From Christensenella sp. UBA1260 (GTDB lineage Bacteria; Bacillota; Clostridia; Christensenellales; CAG-917), in contig DBVQ01000012.1 in NCBI GenBank assembly GCA_002308155.1, forward strand, positions 3,819 through 30,358: DNA of 26,540 nt, in the 5' to 3' direction. Made by a program: the position numbers and the translations under genes. The stretch's first letter is position 1. The number at the start of each line of letters is the position of its first letter. Below the pieces are notes generated by a model that did not search any database, was not told the DNA's origin, and saw only the letters and a program-made list of their open reading frames with translations. Shown in pieces: positions 25,001 to 26,540 of the stretch.

Positions 25001-26540
25001 GAACCGCTCTTTGACGGCAAGAAATTCAGACAAGTCTATGGCACGAGAGAGTACAACGAGTACACAGGTCCAATCTATGTCCGCAACAACAGCGAGAACA
25101 CTGTTGAGTACTTCACAAAACTTGACCTCCTCGGCTTCACAGGCGTCAACGATTTGCAATACAGAATTGCACAAAACAGCACAGAGGAATCCGATCCAAG
25201 CACAGTCTTGTTGGACGGCATCTACTACTATCCGGTTGACCCGAATGGCGATGGTCGTACGGATATGTTTGAAGCTGACGAAATCGATCCAAGCGTCAAG
25301 GTTTACAAGTATGTGAGCAACTTCACGGCTTATGAGAAGATCGGTTCTATGAACTTGAACGAACTCATCAGCAGCATAAGCGGCGGTAGCTTTGAAATCT
25401 TGTCCTTGCTCAAAGCGTTTGAGAAAGACTTCAAGACACTTGAACTCAGCCTCAACCTTGATCTTGGCCTTAGACTCAAAGACATCATCAACTGGTCAAA
25501 TATCATGACCGACTTCATTGATGATCCAAATATCGCAAGCACAGTTAAGTTCCTTGTCACATCACTTGGCGATGGATTCAACGGACATGCTGACAACGAA
25601 TCATTTGAGAGTACGATTGGTCTTGACATTGTGCTCCATGTCTATCTCAACGTCAGCAACTTGATTGCGGCAATCACAAGCCCATACGGATTTGACATCG
25701 TGTCTGCACTCAAAGGTCTCATCCTCTATGCAGAGATCACATACGACACAAACTTCCATGGCGACGACGTTGCAACCGCAAGATTGTGGGTTGAAGTCAC
25801 GGAAGATGAGTATGACGGCAGTGGCAACCTTGTCAAAGAAGGCGGCAAGCTCAACGGCTATATCGACATGAAAGAGTTTGGCGATATCGTCGGTCTTGGC
25901 GACTACTTCTCCTATGGTCTCGTTGAAGACGTTGACATCAACAACTTGCTCGGCAAGGCATCCGGACTCCTCGGCGGCTTGACATCTGCTTCAACTGATG
26001 CATATGTCTCTGCTGACGATGACGAAAACAAGTCAACAGGCGTTCTTCCGGAAAATATCTGGAACATCGTCAACGCAATCATCGGCAGACTTCTCATCGC
26101 AGACGACTTCGTGACAATCGGTCTTGATGAAAACCTCATGAACGGCGTCATCAAGCTCATCCTCGGCGAAGGCAACGAAGACCTTGTCGAAATTATCGAG
26201 AAGTTGCCGCACTTGAGAACAACAAACGACAGAAATACATCCGGTATCACAATCAACTTCTACGGCACGGCGCCAACCATTGATTTGAACTTCGGTTGGG
26301 TCGTCGGCAAGAAGTATGCACTTGCACGCACAGAGTACAACAACAAGTACGGTTCAGAGTCAGAATACCATGGCTCCGACATCGTGGCAAATCAAGCAGG
26401 CATTGCATTTGACTCAGAAGGCAAGGTCGTGGTGTCCACAGAAGGGTATGCTCTCATTGACTTCGCATATCCGGATTGGGAAGGCGACACCTACAAGTGG
26501 GTAGGCGGCACGTTTGACTATGAGGACAGAAACGCAGACA
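9938..26540 (+). CDS. Giant multi-repeat lipoprotein (>5,534 aa, partial, runs off window end)
   Basis: ATG 9938 follows GGAGGAG. I read the frame by eye to the window end (...GTFDYEDRNAD) without a stop. The start and end codon phases agree, and the ORF track lists no ORF in this frame after 9938, as expected for a stop-less ORF. Codon usage is coherent and strongly biased (CTC/CTT, GGC, GAC, AAC, ATC, GCA). Confidence 0.95.
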   Translation, partial: MKKQKLPLILLLVLVIFMIATLAACNPSTRRSGGNGSSIIDVPVVPTPDEPTENERYLGSQDAWSILKLAALNASAQGKDANFLNFDTAINFGFAKDTYNAQYVLRIAGSIYTDFDKTQSGKDPSTILFELTRTSKNVLPNGEEQLIYDDEPVMSLYYLDEQIILDISGLKKGAHVVKTSDIDLAALITKLDGIVDKIGISDLLWDKVFTMNIGQLIKQLAGMDIVNVSLEDLIVNFLFGSNKSRFIDYGEGHTQLQIPCDLSLIASILPLVQSLIPEDIFDLVDRVLGIDLQKIGALSGMALYLQADIYDDKLAGIDADIDVNLNSFGKEEIIKKYGIFQNEIGINLGYTKFDFAGTSDVNVREVVNTKYQSGLDNIKDYSILTFEGRMTINVNAIDKTVKIDNIIGSFGTLISGLLEQYLDADLLASLAPLFQKNVDFHKGTFTFGLSLQGTINTRDNSKTNIALELVSEDNTTALGVYYVGEMNALYIDASHLLTGVPDGNGGYSGAKVKITQWEGKPLNLNEIVDGLFDKVGDIIVNAINNIDIFKKEDQQTLQNVKAVVDGVLEDKTLLIPHNGFTSADDEQTVDTMTLINMILDCIDINMDGNIFNITEINVQITQAVLSAILGLVLKGDNAGIKIPVTNIDLHYANQGVGKIKTLGLNIGLGVDVAAPPVSLDLSGRLQLGQLTDSDSFMGKINDVIASDNQYISILEDGTLDISKFNISLSTGLAIDLSTIQGNLGEINIALDKLGLADDLLSGMSAQILMALGTIQGGLNINLDASIDLSMGLSLDTLLNSQIKLTITKSPKYYDKTSVPVPAGYADTYYSLSSTGQYVEDVNGKYWKEEKQLLSVCLADGYIYLDLSVLFVGVEKVKVKVEDIMSLFAKDEEPAASAAEALASDEEGGLLGDISVDDIIGLIGLVIGDIKVTDGFIEIAIASGIIDNIMDMLGIKGIDIKFYEEDEGATDTTGGIRLAVPDTLNLDDLQVEVWLAVGKNLDLTVALNGFKAGIVERDLSPADKDQYTNIFEAPYASIDLRLGFDFYGDEGETDFELGTNAEDIVVVPFTFNDPMSFEYKLRVAGDLDLTPIIDYLFGAPSINTKDNSSELLIEITGSKFGRQEEVLLGLYYTGGTLYIDGANFGITRVSTDIDLYELILNLIMSDVNVKINDVGGSTVADALVSGDDEESSGAREKIAFAVMALLASDRIKVEVTKGITEAIFQVFGVDTNNAVAYLSYVWDNYQEQEYNSAQQQFPHGDEMFSFTGAIYNENNQYIGAATIYASHETSIKVKNQLNGLTIAHPVYDPTTHQPIDKVYTLAEYVHASNIHGGFDEVTLFNDSKDIVLPSVFLELKGTISLDASAGNEEWTIGEWIENFLCDTDFVKLDEDTGLYSEVYKYAGNGNYKVLSAQERDGYTGDKYVKVYAEGGTIAFNKVDDRDSLTSNSNIFVKVGDTYRRAVLSEVPQNETIYEQDALTSFIADLLLQYNIPSDIAREFGFRIAVKLRLNPEVPINLTANIIYAELGDDNPAYTEVYKLVKNEYKLLEGEERTSYQGKKYVKQYLPDGIPLKAIGSRTELEGVDKVYVKVGDNFIKVDPSKVENDTLYIAKSLLDLNYILSHTDLAIELYNKNITTVDSMTSLAEKNKATILAVRLVAEQDSDGNYTGTSSIYLDFKDDFHMAISNLNLASLLDTVLGLFNKDDSSSGEAQTSGEAQTSGLLDGIDMSNPSSIIDTLKGVIGGVIGTINADQEGFKINLAQGLVLMLVNMITGKKITADKFLQLNPDTSFLEFYWEYALKFSIGIDPLAFAISLSQLRIELGGSASVLPSDFNKANYMSVDQLDEISLQMALDLNLKLKGQQEQIRLEKYLDVLIADLGLKLGIDFPTVDMDARYSLTLGANLALDDPNSTQIVLELLDMAEDPDDGEIVMGVYIDGPELFVDMGKFSKQAIHVANTDIADRLCAFISELMGKIGEDVPAITTSDAFTAADDVSADQAMAIMLSLANGKLGLLVTENVIIGLIAALAGNTAVTNGKSITEIIKEFDLDLALNVDVAVSPEIALDLSLDSNLIALEISLHDLGIATGKDNDTAEGISLKLESAVARKDLVLIEPGDVIPDAEKYDEQGNQSNSGAYKKVDHFKQQADAHIISIDLAIVVDYRACATYVRLDDETLANYPLDERYEKNAKDGKFVKDPRGHYVRDGFTYDQLLDAIFGLPALASIMSYALPVVRFGGESFVSANTDGSLTVGALLEHLGLSVLLDSAIADSFLVEIGLKVDLEKLGLFDETTGDLKPIDTIVITGANLIRALEAKIAIDFDFEHNRGATKVGIYLADGELFLDLSGIGSEKIRISVDPLLDLLTEVMPNNFDIREFSFKVGDVVDLVKNMIGGDDAGTDAVVSADDDEGGVLDGLDLNGIMSIINAAITRISLEAAEYVKNPGLYRVKDLGVFLSANIINDLLSILTGEEIYFEQSVLDESQSGIFLTFGDDSFRDLYDSDMWSLRLLFALANKEDVNAEEVDEDKTYKVDIKFGLNLEINVESSETVVSLVPQNDRLNFISLDEYVENLLNVFNKVLDCTYDEVASPAAGKLYYTFASDANGDYVYQNGTYRELLNTKDDEGNITGKEDAGDKARFARSYAMVVGGKKRAVSFVKDPDGEYTFDENKGTFVPVYAGVGANNIYSVQVGDELANDVKLYARNDIEEYVDQNISFSVSGLVYFNSNGVGYSNLGGLFESLLGDMLIELQTLSAFHNGIGFKLSANLDLGAINFAGLMDSSGDHGSILDSDFDKIELALELIETNTENDFVKIPKKQGSSTVYVDKVLGGIYLHNGSLYLDATGIVDVAENYSKIDNFMDILNAIIDKGGAFIDKIKTVFSSEENSDAVTSADGGNNQVIRDAILALVYGDKAFQIQLTRSILSLLISSILPDLGSIEDVFDMFEISLNVQHGEEIYSKVADIEAGVPAEEKTKYYEIEIGGNLYYVTNSYQLYYKDGEDQYHEAAPGYVGTTYVLYYDDYREVLHVYDSVEVFDTELFKKDRYTYFEDENYETIDNVNGKYAAVEINGWTYLPISIYNLYHKDGEGKLVKNEGNKFLTAGANYIIYNGAEKAVDSLRTRRFGYVKSDLDHEYTLDKNGMYKKVADEYILMDYVEAETYDGDRYVKEGEYYRSVRYYNRLDEFFVGLNIAVGSVDMGFEVGGLEFGFGAGQTLLPDYIKDGKEHTYKLLGQEYVYDSLDADAVANTKDLSTNPFYDTVIRVAFSVELDFSITESTFDFGKILHNILGDIDGIVFEAPSTAKHYSSAHFRLDFSLMLDMYDVTNSELTAELFAVTETGYQSKWLGIYYLNNALYIDAEDFLNIPKISISGLNIVDLLGDILGMDGNDIFIHWDDFAESSSDAMTSDDAEVDFSNKDLAAAFLISRNHLAIAIGDKMFDYIINLISELTDIDLSKFIYTAIDGNLLVTLDTNDGINLEAQAGLQIAGDRFNVVGKASSVKNNVITNLKANTKEYYVFRPADDARATALGQDAYYISANSGQYFRAITPTDKETTKYVKYMVSYLTNGLDETVLIGRLVLDGGILDDADEYIAIDSEESVYELVSGDSTNQALVKDGGKYDIDLKLLLAIRDLDVQFINSRNYSLTEEDFDQYMSLNDLDRISLTEKIEISPSLKVSVDGENDIDLAELIEYFLPGISSTDVITLISAKSDSGTDVDRQFWLELTVDIQLAALMNAVRTSMSKGTEGDLPIIEYVNMLIDKIKGVFDGGLSVDAIIDIVQDVASYIGISAKITTLNGEEKAHGEDPHTVAGLYLLGGKYELMTANEYYEADNDYVAPDERYSHYYENSKGSYYYKEGYAELSGAELVSYEGPRYSFVNNEYVADPDGTFKNVGEYVYDTTKTGVTRYSYDSSYCYENPLGEYSRINGGIYIDLSYFNIPSLYINSRTMRKLLGNLPSILGSFGINLGGDAESSGEAMISDDTQENEESGEGGGIQLPLIDDTVSGYLKTFLYGIRMTSSYIAVMLDPNYINSILKLIGGEDFTLQFGYDFTNKPELKIYSDNHRYNYMSMTDVLASSNTAELVNKTRYRFVVEEVDGKENGMYWKDEDGAFFLKTDMTVSQRKNYDAAVDAGTEHYYDISVVDVYIRVDAKYVLYKNATTSQIRRSDKDPVLDAQGIVFPQLFVENTDHDLVPVSSYGNDKIYCVNVLDKRNPLIGLQLYLWNYEVALNIYMPEFDAREFVYVTAEEAEAKHVDAPDGAKYTTQVQELMTAVDRELDGLDQWYADYYDSGDFNGAFVPALYNASPRYYEYKNQYYVIDVDTLCVKNGDNYDPVGTMVDYMAQIADEVSPATYYVKVGTAYVKLQRSFVYRKTVYDLDGKRLLEANELDDNFAEATAGSYKLVGNEYVALSAAELGTYVGPRFRNEGVGIYIEDHAGTYGINEDGEYFALTSDQKGEFTGTRYTKYFVRDVQPSLVRQPDITYVDTDDIFYVSLKLSGRIAFEGGRIYSSYSDYRSLYNAIPAHAALDEASADMSNADWEVIKYISFKYFHGDYVQVTDRDEVEALRKSGALYIWANNSAYSDKYSGVNEPLNEVLRGILGDMQGYFQVTENTKMEIFFEIKLNMSFEINFMPAFNIIVRDLDFAFDAFGRQEDLKTNPIDVDYDESQYEYLTEEERANHTDKRYYGSLTHVLGIYYSNDHDTGNAGLYIDLSWLLGNGGKMYIDLSEYSVEDVIGGLVGDLLAGTSSDALTSDETKPTDKLSINLSTRKPSIYINIFTNALALKLTSSFLSVIIAELAPDSGNILEMLPNFQIYLKQTLNPYDLTLGILLYNEAGDVPILDVKMQVYGLNGDELSSSVKFGREEDFRRDEAAHSDDPNYNIFYYANFYNDQENGQYAKNKTSKGYVKVDDTYIANTFEQSSLGRYKYEGGRYLPMTEEEAGTFKGERYTSGGTPAADGAYKKVNESYEALTATERGTYTGVRYLTHTPYERFSLPGGKFVEVTSKARYAFGSTHVNTYDNILYGDEAGLEPLFDGKKFRQVYGTREYNEYTGPIYVRNNSENTVEYFTKLDLLGFTGVNDLQYRIAQNSTEESDPSTVLLDGIYYYPVDPNGDGRTDMFEADEIDPSVKVYKYVSNFTAYEKIGSMNLNELISSISGGSFEILSLLKAFEKDFKTLELSLNLDLGLRLKDIINWSNIMTDFIDDPNIASTVKFLVTSLGDGFNGHADNESFESTIGLDIVLHVYLNVSNLIAAITSPYGFDIVSALKGLILYAEITYDTNFHGDDVATARLWVEVTEDEYDGSGNLVKEGGKLNGYIDMKEFGDIVGLGDYFSYGLVEDVDINNLLGKASGLLGGLTSASTDAYVSADDDENKSTGVLPENIWNIVNAIIGRLLIADDFVTIGLDENLMNGVIKLILGEGNEDLVEIIEKLPHLRTTNDRNTSGITINFYGTAPTIDLNFGWVVGKKYALARTEYNNKYGSESEYHGSDIVANQAGIAFDSEGKVVVSTEGYALIDFAYPDWEGDTYKWVGGTFDYEDRNAD

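Noticed and set aside
10115-26504. Dozens of 60-270-aa ORFs on the minus strand and in other plus frames
   Set aside because: They are shadows of the giant ORF's biased codon usage, have no SD or recognisable domains, and overlap a coherent coding frame.
9938-26540. Giant ORF as a collapsed-repeat assembly artefact or an outer-membrane beta-barrel/autotransporter
   Set aside because: The repeats are highly diverged at DNA level, with no long near-identical stretches seen that would mislead an assembler. The lipobox and Bacillota-like context argue against an outer-membrane barrel, although the C-terminus is not visible.

Overview
The window looks like a Clostridia-type (Bacillota) chromosome segment, inferred from sigA-type promoters, GGAGG ribosome-binding sites and a lipobox. 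The left ~9.7 kb carries eight ordinary-sized genes. These are a FeoA-FeoB fusion (minus strand, cut by the window start), a permease-prefix-like membrane protein, a stand-alone HxxxDG acyltransferase, an HSL-family esterase, a 4-TM protein, a GH127-like protein that appears to lack its catalytic residues, a bPH_2 membrane protein and a DUF1624/HGSNAT-like protein that is probably leaderless. A ~630-bp repeat- and hairpin-rich interval (8023-8652) lies between the last two, convergent, genes. The right 16.6 kb is one uninterrupted plus-strand ORF from 9938 off the window end. The supplied ORF track misses it because it has no stop codon. It encodes a lipoprotein of more than 5,534 aa with two nested repeat levels: about 12 tandem ~280-aa amphipathic beta-rich domains, which resemble LolA/LppX-type lipid-binding folds by eye and mostly carry a conserved [DE]-A-x-x-S-x-D loop, and many Tyr/Gly-rich mini-modules inserted into loops, increasingly towards the C-terminus. 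This giant protein is the best candidate for an undescribed system. Its fold and function are inferred, not shown.
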